The notes under the pieces were generated by a model, which made no database searches, had not been told where the DNA came from, and worked only from the letters and a program-made list of their open reading frames with translations. A program made the translations under genes and the position numbers. From Nitrospinota bacterium (GTDB lineage Bacteria; Nitrospinota; Nitrospinia; Nitrospinales; JACRGP01), in contig JACQQK010000149.1 of NCBI GenBank assembly GCA_016207065.1, forward strand, positions 1 to 63,114: DNA of 63,114 nucleotides, given 5' to 3'. Below are positions 43,156-51,804 of this stretch, piece after piece; within the stretch, counting starts at the first letter, position 1; every line of letters begins with the position of its first letter.

Positions 43156-44568
43156 TCACCAACCTCTCTCGACGGTAGTCACCGTGATGTCGCTCCCGGT
43201 CCCGGCATGACTGTGGAACAGAGCGGTTTTCGGGCCGGGGACCTGCGTCTCCGCATGGCCGTATTTCTCTTTTATTTTACCCTGCATCTGCCAGAGGACG
43301 TCCACGGCCTGGGTGTTGCCCGTCGCGCCCACGGCGTGCATTTGCCCGATCAGGCCGCCGGACGGGTTCACGTACAGCCCCTTCTCCCCGCCTATCCTGG
43401 GATTGATCGGGACACGGCCGTCGGCAAGAGGCAACGCGGAAAACAACTTGCAGGCGTGTCCATAGGGGGCCATGCCCAGGTCCTCCAGGGTCTGGACGAC
43501 GGAAATGACGAACGCGTCGTGGATCTCGATCAGGTCGAAATACTCCAGCGGATTTCCCCGGATGCCCGCCATTTCGTAAGCTTTTCTGGCCGCCCACCGG
43601 CCGGCGCGGAAAGAGTGCAGGCCGGGATATTCGAGTTGGCGGTAATACTCGACCAGGGCGGGGTCCTCGCGTTCGTGGGGAAACAGCAGGCCGTCCGCGA
43701 CCAAACCGCCGACGGTCCGCGGGCGTTCGCCCGTCCGCATGCAATCGGTCCCGTTGCCGATCCCGGTAACGTACACCGGCTGGTCCGTCAGTTGCCGCGC
43801 CAGTTCCTCGCAGGCCAAGACTACGGCCGAGGCGCCGTCCGTCATCAAACAACAATCGAGCCTGTACGAAGGCGTGGCGACGATGCCGGACTTGACCACG
43901 TCGTCGACGGCGATGAAACCGCTCGTCGAGGCGGTAGAGTAGGGATTTTCGCGGCTGGTCTGGGCCCGGCGGTTGAACTGGGCGTTGTTGCGCATCATGA
44001 CCGCGATCTTGGAGAACGCGTCGCGTATTTCGCCGGCGGAAACCGTCCGGCCCACGAACGTATCGAGATACGACTGGGCCATGGCGGCATAGTAGAGCGG
44101 GTAATAACCGCCGTTGGGAAAATCGGTCACCGTATCGGAAGCCAGGGCGATGAACTCGTTGCCTTGAAACGTGTCCACCTCGGACATCTTTTCGTAGCCG
44201 ATGGCGATAACGATGTCGGCCCTTCCCGACGCGATTTTTTCCATGGCCGCCTGCACGCCCAACCCGCCCGTGGCGCCGCCGCCGATTACGCGGCAAGCCT
44301 CCGCGGGGTTGAGCCCCAGGTAGTCCCGCGTCAGGGCCTCCCCCAGCAACTGCCCCGCGAAATGGTCGGCGAAATGGGTAATGACGATTCCGCCGCGCTC
44401 GCGGATGAGTCTCCGGAACTCCTTCGGTTGAAGGCCCAGGTCCGCCACCGCCTCGCGCGCCGCCTGCATGGCCATTTCGAAAAACAGCAAGTCGGGGTTG
44501 GCCTTGGCGAAGTAATCGACCTTCCCCCCGGAAACGAGAGCCACTTTTCTTTGCAACGAGCCGGCCAT
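43156..44568 (-). CDS. Thiolase-fold protein, SCP2/Ltp-type, lacking both catalytic cysteines
   Basis: Thiolase blocks: GYEKMSE, DCCLMTDGASAVVLA, NPSGGLIGQMHAVGATG. The nucleophile position reads RVIGGGATGG and the SCP2-type HDCF motif reads HDAF. The start is ATG 44568 or TTG 44577. Confidence 0.8.
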   Translation of the reverse strand: MAGSLQRKVALVSGGKVDYFAKANPDLLFFEMAMQAAREAVADLGLQPKEFRRLIRERGGIVITHFADHFAGQLLGEALTRDYLGLNPAEACRVIGGGATGGLGVQAAMEKIASGRADIVIAIGYEKMSEVDTFQGNEFIALASDTVTDFPNGGYYPLYYAAMAQSYLDTFVGRTVSAGEIRDAFSKIAVMMRNNAQFNRRAQTSRENPYSTASTSGFIAVDDVVKSGIVATPSYRLDCCLMTDGASAVVLACEELARQLTDQPVYVTGIGNGTDCMRTGERPRTVGGLVADGLLFPHEREDPALVEYYRQLEYPGLHSFRAGRWAARKAYEMAGIRGNPLEYFDLIEIHDAFVISVVQTLEDLGMAPYGHACKLFSALPLADGRVPINPRIGGEKGLYVNPSGGLIGQMHAVGATGNTQAVDVLWQMQGKIKEKYGHAETQVPGPKTALFHSHAGTGSDITVTTVERGW

Positions 44569-44890
44569 TTTCAACAAGTTCCCGCTAGAGATTGAGAGTG
44601 TGAAAACACGGAGCCCCGGAAGGCGCCGCCGATCGGCAAAACAGCCGCAAGCCGCTTACAATCAATATGAACCTTTTGGGCCTGTTTGGCAACGGCCCCG
44701 GAAAATTTTACCGACTTCCGCGCCCGGCGTTCGCTATTTACTTGCTCATTTACCCCGCTAAAGGAGTAAACTATATATTGATATGCGGCGGCCAGGGAAC
44801 GCCTTGGACTTGAAAAATCAACGCCGCGACATCCCGAGTGAAAAAGCGAGTTCAAAACCCGCCGAAAGGGTTTAACACGGGAGACCGTTT

Positions 44891-47800
44891 ATGGGAAATA
44901 TTCCAAGGCATCCGGATTCCCAAACCTGGCGCGCCCAGGCGCCGGTCAGCGCCAAGGGACCTCATTCCATTCTCGATGAAGAACGCTACCTGAACGTCGA
45001 GGGCAATATTCATTTGACGGGGATTCAAGCCCTGGTCCGACTGCCCTTCGACAATCTCCGGCTCCTCAAAAAGATCCACCCGGACAAAAAGTTCGCCTAT
45101 TTCATCTCCGGGTACGAGGGGAGCCCGCTGGGCGGGCTGGACATCAACCTGCGCAAAATCTACCGCCTCCTGAAAGAGTGGAAGATCCTCCATGTCCCCG
45201 GCGGCAACGAGGAGGCGGGCGCCAACATGGTCTGGGGGAGCCAGTTGCACCGGCTGTTCGGCCCCGCCAAGGTGGACGGGGTCATCGGCGCGTGGTACGG
45301 AAAAGGCCCGGGCGTACGGCGGATCGCCGACGTGGAGGACCACATGCAGATGGCCGGGTTGGACAAGCTATGCGCCGCCTACTTCATGAGCGGCGACGAC
45401 CACGCCGGAAAGAGTAGCACCACGCCGCATCAGACGGACCTGGTCCATTACGCCAACCATGTCCCCACGGCCTATCCGGGCAACGTCCGGGAAATCCTGG
45501 AAATCGGCAAGCGCGCGACCCTCGTCTCCCTGATATCGGGGCTTGGCGTCAACCTGAAAGTCGAGACCTGCGTGTGCGACGGCTCCCAGGAATTCGTCCT
45601 TGACCCGGAGGAGGACGGCGAACTGGCCGAACGGTTCCGGAAATTCGCCGCGCGTCACGCCGATTACAAGAGGTATTTCAGCCCCATCCTCCTCAAACCC
45701 CACCTCCTGGCAAACGAGGAGGAACTTTTTTACTCGAAATTACCGATGGTGCGGGAAATCTCGCGGGAATTCGGCTTCGACGTCTGGGACAACCGGCGGT
45801 TGAAATCCGATTTCGGCGTCGTCGCCACCGGGAAGAGCTATTACGACCTCCTCGGCGCGTTGAAGGAACTGGGCGTTTCCGCGGACGAAATCGAAATCTA
45901 CAAACCCATGATCACGTGGCCGCCGGACGCGGACTCGTTCCGGGAATTCGCCCGCGATAAAAAAGAGATCGTCGTGATCGAGGAAAAGCAGGCCTTCTTC
46001 GAGACCCACGTCAAGCAGGAGCTTTTCAACGACGCGCGGAGGCCGTCGATCGTCGGCAAGACCGGCGAGGACGGCGAAACGCTGTTCCGGCAGAACGCCA
46101 ACCTCGACGCGGACATCATCGCCAGGGTTTTGGGCAGGCGGCTACTCCGGCACGACCGTTTCAAAGACCGGGGGATCGACCGCGTCCTCCGCGAACTGGA
46201 GGAAACGGCCGAATCGCCCGCGCCCATCGGCGTCAAGCGGCCGCCCGCCTACTGTTCCGGTTGCCAGCACAGGACGGCGCTGGAAATTTCCGGGAGCCGC
46301 GACGGCGAAGGGGCAGTCGAATCCGTGACCGTGGAAACGCGGGACCTCGACGGCAATCCGGTTTCCATGGAGATAACGCCCAGGCACGTCATGGGAATCG
46401 GGATCGGTTGCTCCACCATGTCCATCATCGATTCCCTGTCGAGCAACCGCGCGGTGGCGGTGGGGCCGATGGAGAGCGAGGGCTTGCTGTGGATGGGCGC
46501 TTCGGCGTTCAGCTACCGCATGCACGCCCACCAAGGATGCGGCGACGGGACGTATTTCCATTCCGCGCGCCTGAACATCAGTTTCATCCGGGACGCCATC
46601 GAGCACTTGAAGGTCCATTACGGCATCGAGGACACCAGCCAGACCCTCCTGTACGTGGACAACAGCGTGGTGGCCATGACCGGCGGCCAGCGCCCGATCG
46701 GACAAGACGACCCCGAAACCGCCATCGCCACGATCAAGCAGGAGGGCATCGAGTGCGTCGCCCTGGTCGCGGAATTCCCGGAGGAATTCAAACATCTCCA
46801 AAAGAAATACGGCGTCCGGGTCTATCCCAAATCCGACACCTTGAAGGTGAAGGAGGAATTTTCCCAAAAACCGGGGCTGAGCGTCATCTGGTACGTGCAG
46901 AAATGCGGCATCGAGAAAAGCCGCGAGCGGAGAGCAAATCCGGAACTCGCCCCGAAAACGCGGGTGCACGTGAACGCGGAGGTCTGCGAGGACTGCGGCG
47001 ACTGCGGCCTGGAGGCCAAGTGCGCCTCGGTATGGAAAACGGACACCGAATTCGGGCCGAAAGTCAGGGTCCACCAATACAGTTGCATCCAGGATTTCGC
47101 CTGCGCCAAGGGGGAATGCCCTTCCTACGTGCGGGTCCATACAAGGTCCGGGAACCCGCTCATCAAGCCAGACTTCAAGAGGATCGCCATCGGGGACGGC
47201 GAGCTTGCGGACCCCGAAAGACGGATCGATCCGGATAAAGTCTTCGAGATTTACTCGGTGGGGATCGGCGGCTGGGGGTTGATGACCGCGTATGAAATCC
47301 TCGCCCGCGCGGCCACGAGCGAGGGACTGAACGTCGTCAAGGAAGACGACACGGGGCTTTCGCAGAAGGGCGGCGAGGTGCGCAACAATATAAAAATCTC
47401 ATGTCCGGGGAAAAACCTGAACGAAGGGTTCAGCATCGAGGCCGGGGGCGCCGACCTGTATATCGCGTCCGACCTGATCGGCGCCGTCAACCCGGAAAAC
47501 CTGCGGGCGGCGTCCAGGCGGAAAACGCGGGCCATCGTCAACACCGCGAAAATACCGACCATGCCCATGATCGTCGGCAAGGCCGTCTACCCGGACCCGG
47601 AGAGGTTGAAGGAAATCGTCGACTCGCACACCGACGGAGAAAACAACATTTACGTCGACGCCACGGACATCGTCGAGAACCTGTTCAAGGACTTCAAGCC
47701 GACCAACCTGTTCCTGCTGGGGATCGCCTTCCAAACCGCCGGGAATTTCCCCATACAGCGCGCGCGGAGCGTCGAGGACGCCATCCGGATCAACGACGTG

Positions 47801-48781
47801 GAAGCGGAGAAAAATGTCCAGGCTTTCCGTTACGGCAGGCTGTTCGCCCTCGACCCGGCGCGGGTCCTTTCGGCGGCGTATCCCGAAACCCAGACGGCGG
47901 AGGGAAAGATCGCGTCGCTCCGCAACCGTACCGGCTTCCTGGACCGGCGCCGGTTCGACCGCCTCGCGAACCGCATCCGGTTTGACGGCGATTATCAAGG
48001 AAAATTCGCCAGGGAAATTTTCGAACTGATTAAATTTCAAAATGCCGCTTACGCCGGGCGGTTCGTGGACTTCGTCGCGAAGGTCCATGACTTCGAAAAA
48101 GCCAACTTCCCGCTGGACCGGTCCCGCTTCACGAAAACCGTCGCCGACAACCTGTTCGACCTGATGGCCTACAAGGACGAGTACCGCGTGGCCGACCTGT
48201 TGACCCGGCCCGAGGAAATCGAAAAAATCGCCGGACAATACGCGAAGGGGGAGATCCTTAAAATCCGCTTCCTGTTGCGTCCGCCCATCCTGGAACTCAT
48301 CCCCTGGGTGAAGGACCTGGGTTTCGTGAAGGCCCGGTTTGAACGAGACGAAAAATGGGAATTCCCGCGGTGGACGCTGGAGGTCTTGAGGCGTTGCAAA
48401 ATATTGCGGGGGACCCCGTTGGATCCCTTCGCCTGGGGCAACGCGGTCAGGAAGCTGGAGCGCCAGGCCATCGCCGAATACCGGCGGAGGATCGACGGTC
48501 TCCTGCCCCTGCTGAACGAAAGCGTCTATCCCGAAGCCTGCGAAGCCGCATCCTATCCAAGCCTGGCCGCGGGGTACGACAAGGTGAAAATGGACCATAC
48601 GAAAAAAGCGGAGGATTTCTGGCGGGAAAAACTCGGCGAGGTTTACAAAACCGTCCGCCAACCGTCCCGGGAAACGCCCGTGAAGCCTGGACACGACAAC
48701 GCTTCCCGGGAAAACGCTGTCGGCCTCGCTAGCGGAGAATGGCCCGGAAGAAACCGTCAAGAGGCGGGAAAGCGGCGATGA
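44891..48781 (+). CDS. Indolepyruvate/2-oxoacid:ferredoxin oxidoreductase family protein (fused alpha-beta, 1296 aa)
   Basis: LTGIQALVRLPFD, ISGYEGSPLGGLD, GAWYGKGPGV, Cys clusters CSGCQHR and CEDCGDCGLEAKC...C..DFAC..GECPS, and a C-terminal IorB-like domain (VGIGGWG). Confidence 0.9.
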   Translation: MGNIPRHPDSQTWRAQAPVSAKGPHSILDEERYLNVEGNIHLTGIQALVRLPFDNLRLLKKIHPDKKFAYFISGYEGSPLGGLDINLRKIYRLLKEWKILHVPGGNEEAGANMVWGSQLHRLFGPAKVDGVIGAWYGKGPGVRRIADVEDHMQMAGLDKLCAAYFMSGDDHAGKSSTTPHQTDLVHYANHVPTAYPGNVREILEIGKRATLVSLISGLGVNLKVETCVCDGSQEFVLDPEEDGELAERFRKFAARHADYKRYFSPILLKPHLLANEEELFYSKLPMVREISREFGFDVWDNRRLKSDFGVVATGKSYYDLLGALKELGVSADEIEIYKPMITWPPDADSFREFARDKKEIVVIEEKQAFFETHVKQELFNDARRPSIVGKTGEDGETLFRQNANLDADIIARVLGRRLLRHDRFKDRGIDRVLRELEETAESPAPIGVKRPPAYCSGCQHRTALEISGSRDGEGAVESVTVETRDLDGNPVSMEITPRHVMGIGIGCSTMSIIDSLSSNRAVAVGPMESEGLLWMGASAFSYRMHAHQGCGDGTYFHSARLNISFIRDAIEHLKVHYGIEDTSQTLLYVDNSVVAMTGGQRPIGQDDPETAIATIKQEGIECVALVAEFPEEFKHLQKKYGVRVYPKSDTLKVKEEFSQKPGLSVIWYVQKCGIEKSRERRANPELAPKTRVHVNAEVCEDCGDCGLEAKCASVWKTDTEFGPKVRVHQYSCIQDFACAKGECPSYVRVHTRSGNPLIKPDFKRIAIGDGELADPERRIDPDKVFEIYSVGIGGWGLMTAYEILARAATSEGLNVVKEDDTGLSQKGGEVRNNIKISCPGKNLNEGFSIEAGGADLYIASDLIGAVNPENLRAASRRKTRAIVNTAKIPTMPMIVGKAVYPDPERLKEIVDSHTDGENNIYVDATDIVENLFKDFKPTNLFLLGIAFQTAGNFPIQRARSVEDAIRINDVEAEKNVQAFRYGRLFALDPARVLSAAYPETQTAEGKIASLRNRTGFLDRRRFDRLANRIRFDGDYQGKFAREIFELIKFQNAAYAGRFVDFVAKVHDFEKANFPLDRSRFTKTVADNLFDLMAYKDEYRVADLLTRPEEIEKIAGQYAKGEILKIRFLLRPPILELIPWVKDLGFVKARFERDEKWEFPRWTLEVLRRCKILRGTPLDPFAWGNAVRKLERQAIAEYRRRIDGLLPLLNESVYPEACEAASYPSLAAGYDKVKMDHTKKAEDFWREKLGEVYKTVRQPSRETPVKPGHDNASRENAVGLASGEWPGRNRQEAGKRR

Positions 48782-48821
48782 TTGTTTTCCCAGGACCCTC
48801 GGGAGAGAAACGGTCCAGCCG

Positions 48822-48974
48822 TTACAGGGTTTGGATCCCGAAGAGCTTCAAAAAGGAAACCGCCGCCCAGATACCGATGCTGGCGAAAAAACCCAGGGCC
48901 ACCGCCAGCAGGATAAAAATAAGCGCCAATTTAGCAAGGCCAATGATACCTTTTGGATACTGATCGTTCGCCAT
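48822..48974 (-). CDS. Possible small membrane protein (50 aa), not in the ORF track
   Basis: My own translation is MANDQYPKGIIGLAKLALIFILLAVALGFFASIGIWAAVSFLKLFGIQTL*. It has two hydrophobic helices and no convincing RBS. Confidence 0.3.
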   Translation of the reverse strand: MANDQYPKGIIGLAKLALIFILLAVALGFFASIGIWAAVSFLKLFGIQTL

Positions 48975-49063
48975 CGTTTTTCCCAAGAAACTTTTCGGAT
49001 TGTCGTTCGACCGATTCGAGCGGTCATTCTACTCCATTTTCAATAAAAAAACCGGCCCTAATT

Positions 49064-49519
49064 TCATGACCGCCCCGACCCCGGCTCTTCGAACCTCAGA
49101 AGGTGCGAGGGGCAACCTTCCCGGCAATCCCCATTTCCGAAACGGGGGATGGGGACCCAGGCCGGAGCGCGGCGCAGGCAAACGCGGACGATCTCGCATT
49201 CCAATCCGGGTTTGTCCGGGATGACAATAATATCCTGGACCTCCGCTTCCCTCCGGTTCGTCAGCCTGTCGATGTGCCAGCGGACCGGTTTGTTCCGCCG
49301 GAGATGGCGGGCAAGGCGGCTGGGCAATCCCCGGGCGGCCCTCCCCGCGTAGAGATAGAGCCCGGGCCCGAAAACCAACAACCCATGCGACCCGGTACGC
49401 GCGCGAATTCTTTTTTCGACTCGCAGGACCAGGGCATACGCCCCCGAGGCGGGCGCCTGCTCTCCCGGTTGCAGGGAAATACCTCCCAGGGAATCGGCCA
49501 GAGTCTGGATTTCGAACAT
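49064..49519 (-). CDS. DUF123 / GIY-YIG (Uri) superfamily protein
   Basis: GAYALVL.......GS.G...F.PGLYLYAGRA.RGL..RL.RHLRRNKPVRWHIDRL ... FG.GDC.EGC.SHL. The start is ATG 49519 or 49564. Confidence 0.75.
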   Translation of the reverse strand: MFEIQTLADSLGGISLQPGEQAPASGAYALVLRVEKRIRARTGSHGLLVFGPGLYLYAGRAARGLPSRLARHLRRNKPVRWHIDRLTNRREAEVQDIIVIPDKPGLECEIVRVCLRRAPAWVPIPRFGNGDCREGCPSHLLRFEEPGSGRS

Positions 49520-49681
49520 GCTATCGGTCCGCGGTTGAAGAAAAAACCGGTTGTGTGCGATCATAATACGGTTTTCTCAATTTACTAACGAGTCCATAAT
49601 AGTACAAACAGCGTTCGCATTGTTTTTCCAGCTTCGTTACCGGACCCGGGGGCGAATGCCATGAACCGTCGCGATGTCCAA

Positions 49682-49705
49682 GTCCCCCTTTCGCAAAGGG
49701 GGGAC
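49682..49705. repeat. Family-A solo hairpin module
   Basis: gtccccctttcgcaaaggggggac. Confidence 0.45.
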
Positions 49706-49760
49706 CCATGGACCCGCTCATGAGCCACGCGTGTCCGCTCTATTGGACTCCCCTATACTT

Positions 49761-50855
49761 ATGATTTCCTCGCGATCCACAACGTCTATCGTCCGCTCCG
49801 CTCTCGCGTCCGCATGCCTGATTCTCGCGCTCGTCATGCCGGGGATTTCGCGCGCTCAATCCGCCGGGGAATGGTACCAACAGGCGTTTGAGTTTTCCCT
49901 GAAGGGAGAGACGGACAAAGCCATCGAGGCCTACCGCCGCGCCATCGAGCTTCAACCGGACTGGGCCGAGGCCCACCACGGACTGGCAACGCTCTATTTC
50001 GAGGCCAAATCGGGAGTCCAGGCCATCGCGCATCTCCGGAAGGCGGAGGCGCTTTACGGACGGCGCGCCGACGACAAGGCAAAAAAGAATCTCGCCATCG
50101 TCCGCAGGAACCTCGACAAGGCCTATCGTCTTCTGAATCTCGGGCCGGAGGATTTTGAAGCGCTGACCCCATTCCCCCCCGAGATCCAATGGCAAGCTAC
50201 GGGGGCGGGGTTCTTGATCGGCCCGGCGGGTTACCTCCTGACCTCCCTCCACGCGGTGAAGGATGCGGACCGGATCCGGGCCAGATTTCCGCGGGGCAAG
50301 GTTGTCTCCGCCGAGATCGTCCGCTCGTTCGTGGTTTACGACGCCGCCCTCTTGAAACTGAAAGACGCTTCCGCCGTCCCGCCGCGCGTTTTATCGTTCG
50401 GGGATTCCTCCCGTCTGCGCCCGGGCGACCCTGTGTACGCGGTCGACCCCGCCCGATCCGGAACGCCTCCCTACCGGGGGTCGCTCCAAACCGTCAACGC
50501 CGTCGAGGACAACGACTCCATTTTCGCCATCGATCTCCCCTGGGAACGCGACCCGGGCGGCGCGCCGGTTTTCAACGAATCGGGAGAAGTCGTCGGCATG
50601 GCGTTTTCCAAGGCCTTCATGGAAAAAAACTTCTCCGCCCTGGAAGCGGAGAAGGCGGGGACCGATTTCGCCCTCAAGGCTTCCTATCTAGCGGGGGTTT
50701 TGCCGGAAATTTCCGGTCCGAACCGGAAAACGCGGAAACCCGGGGAAGAACCGCGGACGGCGGACCCGGCAAAAAGTACCGGAACGTTTTTAGAGGACGC
50801 CCGGCAAAATCTGGTTTCCATCGAAACCCTGCCTAAAGAAGGCCCCGGGAAATGA
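49761..50855 (+). CDS. Secreted TPR plus trypsin-like (S1C/DegP-type) domain protein, apparently lacking the catalytic serine
   Basis: Signal peptide, TPR (AIEAYRRAIELQPDWAEAHHGLATLY) and GAGFLIGPAGYLLTSLHAV (His), YDAALLKL (Asp). The GNSGGP position reads DPGGAP. ATG 49761 was chosen because the track start 49674 lies in a repeat. Confidence 0.7.
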   Translation: MISSRSTTSIVRSALASACLILALVMPGISRAQSAGEWYQQAFEFSLKGETDKAIEAYRRAIELQPDWAEAHHGLATLYFEAKSGVQAIAHLRKAEALYGRRADDKAKKNLAIVRRNLDKAYRLLNLGPEDFEALTPFPPEIQWQATGAGFLIGPAGYLLTSLHAVKDADRIRARFPRGKVVSAEIVRSFVVYDAALLKLKDASAVPPRVLSFGDSSRLRPGDPVYAVDPARSGTPPYRGSLQTVNAVEDNDSIFAIDLPWERDPGGAPVFNESGEVVGMAFSKAFMEKNFSALEAEKAGTDFALKASYLAGVLPEISGPNRKTRKPGEEPRTADPAKSTGTFLEDARQNLVSIETLPKEGPGK

Positions 50856-51541
50856 ACTCCCACGCCGGCAAAACGGAGCTGAGTATCTCTCGCCGGACAA
50901 GGCCGACGCGCTTATTCAGGACCATCTCGTTCGCTTTATTTCTGGCCTTGACCGCCGGAGAAGCGGCGGGAGCCGAAATTGTTTTACAACTTTCGGGAAA
51001 CGCGGAATTCCCCGGCTGGATGGCCTTGCGCGCGGAAGCGGAGGCCATCGACCGCATCTGTTTCCTGGGAAAAAACGCCAGGGGAAATATTGACGGAAAC
51101 TTTCTGGACGCCCTCTCTCGGTCCGGAATCCCCGAGGGCGAATACGCGATTTCCGGGCCTCTGGAGGACGAGCGCTGGCCGTCCAGGACTTTCCAGAAGA
51201 ACGGCGTCCTGCGCCTGAAGGCGGCCAGCGGAGAGACCATTGCCCATTTGGACCGCATGAGGGTTTTGGGGCTGGCGATCCATGGCCGGGACTTCTACCC
51301 CTTGCTGGAAAACCGGGTCAAGGACCCGAAAATGATCGCGTTTTACAACGACGACCTGTTCGAGAGATTGCGGACGCATTGGGGACCGCTCCGCATTTCC
51401 AACTGGGACATGGGCCGCCTGTTCGACTTCTGGGCCAGGTTCTCCGGTCCCTCGCAATGGAAAGTACGGGTGCAAAGCGGTAGCGCCGAGGAAACCGTCA
51501 AAAAGTGCAAACCCGCGACAGCCCAACGTCCCGCGGATTGA
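50852..51541 (+). CDS. Secreted hypothetical protein (229 aa), translationally coupled to the pseudo-protease gene
   Basis: ATGA overlap with the upstream stop. The N-terminal hydrophobic segment is LFRTISFALFLALTAGEAAGA. No family recognised. Confidence 0.55.
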   Translation: MNSHAGKTELSISRRTRPTRLFRTISFALFLALTAGEAAGAEIVLQLSGNAEFPGWMALRAEAEAIDRICFLGKNARGNIDGNFLDALSRSGIPEGEYAISGPLEDERWPSRTFQKNGVLRLKAASGETIAHLDRMRVLGLAIHGRDFYPLLENRVKDPKMIAFYNDDLFERLRTHWGPLRISNWDMGRLFDFWARFSGPSQWKVRVQSGSAEETVKKCKPATAQRPAD

Positions 51542-51568
51542 CCGGCGTCAAGAGCGCCTTGCCTTTGT

Positions 51569-51741
51569 CCCCCCTTGCAAAGGGGGATAGGGGGATTTGA
51601 AAGCTCCTGCTCGCGCCAGCGAGTCGCTGGCCCCAACAGGCTTGACTCGGATGGCGGGCGATGATCGTCGAGGGCAATCCGGGCAGAGCCATGCCGCCCG
51701 GCGAGTAGCAGGAATCCCCCCGGCCCCCTTTACAAGGGGGA
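51569..51741. mobile_element. MITE-like repeat, family A (long form)
   Basis: Colinear with 11732-11910. The ends are ccccccttgcaaagggggatagggggatttgaaa and gaatccccccggccccctttacaaggggga. Confidence 0.75.
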
Positions 51742-51804
51742 GCGATTCAATTCTATTACTCCTGCAATATCCGCTCTAGAGACGCGGACACGTTTAGAAG
51801 AAAT

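Noticed and set aside
33589-44595. Plus-strand ORFs of 360-680 aa across the minus-strand operon (33589..35454, 35585..37630, 38823..40247, 41173..42810, 43207..44595).
   Set aside because: Every one is antisense to a gene with clear enzyme-family motifs. None has motifs of its own.
44578-44890. Looked for a cobalamin riboswitch (B12 box) or another riboswitch in the 5' region of the B12-mutase operon, and for a local regulator gene. Track ORF 44571..44855(-) lies here.
   Set aside because: I saw no B12-box-like GCCACTG core or conserved riboswitch architecture. The 94-aa ORF has no RBS or motifs and is probably spurious. The region is kept only as a promoter region.
46142-48760. Minus-strand ORFs 46142..47140 and 47399..48760 inside the IOR gene, and 53717..55339(+), 55174..56589(-), 57865..58770(-), 61686..62891(-) elsewhere.
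   Set aside because: For the same reason: they are antisense shadows of strongly supported genes.
50852-51541. Possible degenerate L,D-transpeptidase (YkuD) fold in the 229-aa secreted protein (..AIHG.. and ..HWGPLRISNWDM.. versus HG...SxGCxRxxNxD).
   Set aside because: The spacing between the His and the Cys-equivalent position is about twice the canonical distance, and the Cys is Pro. The resemblance is too weak to call.
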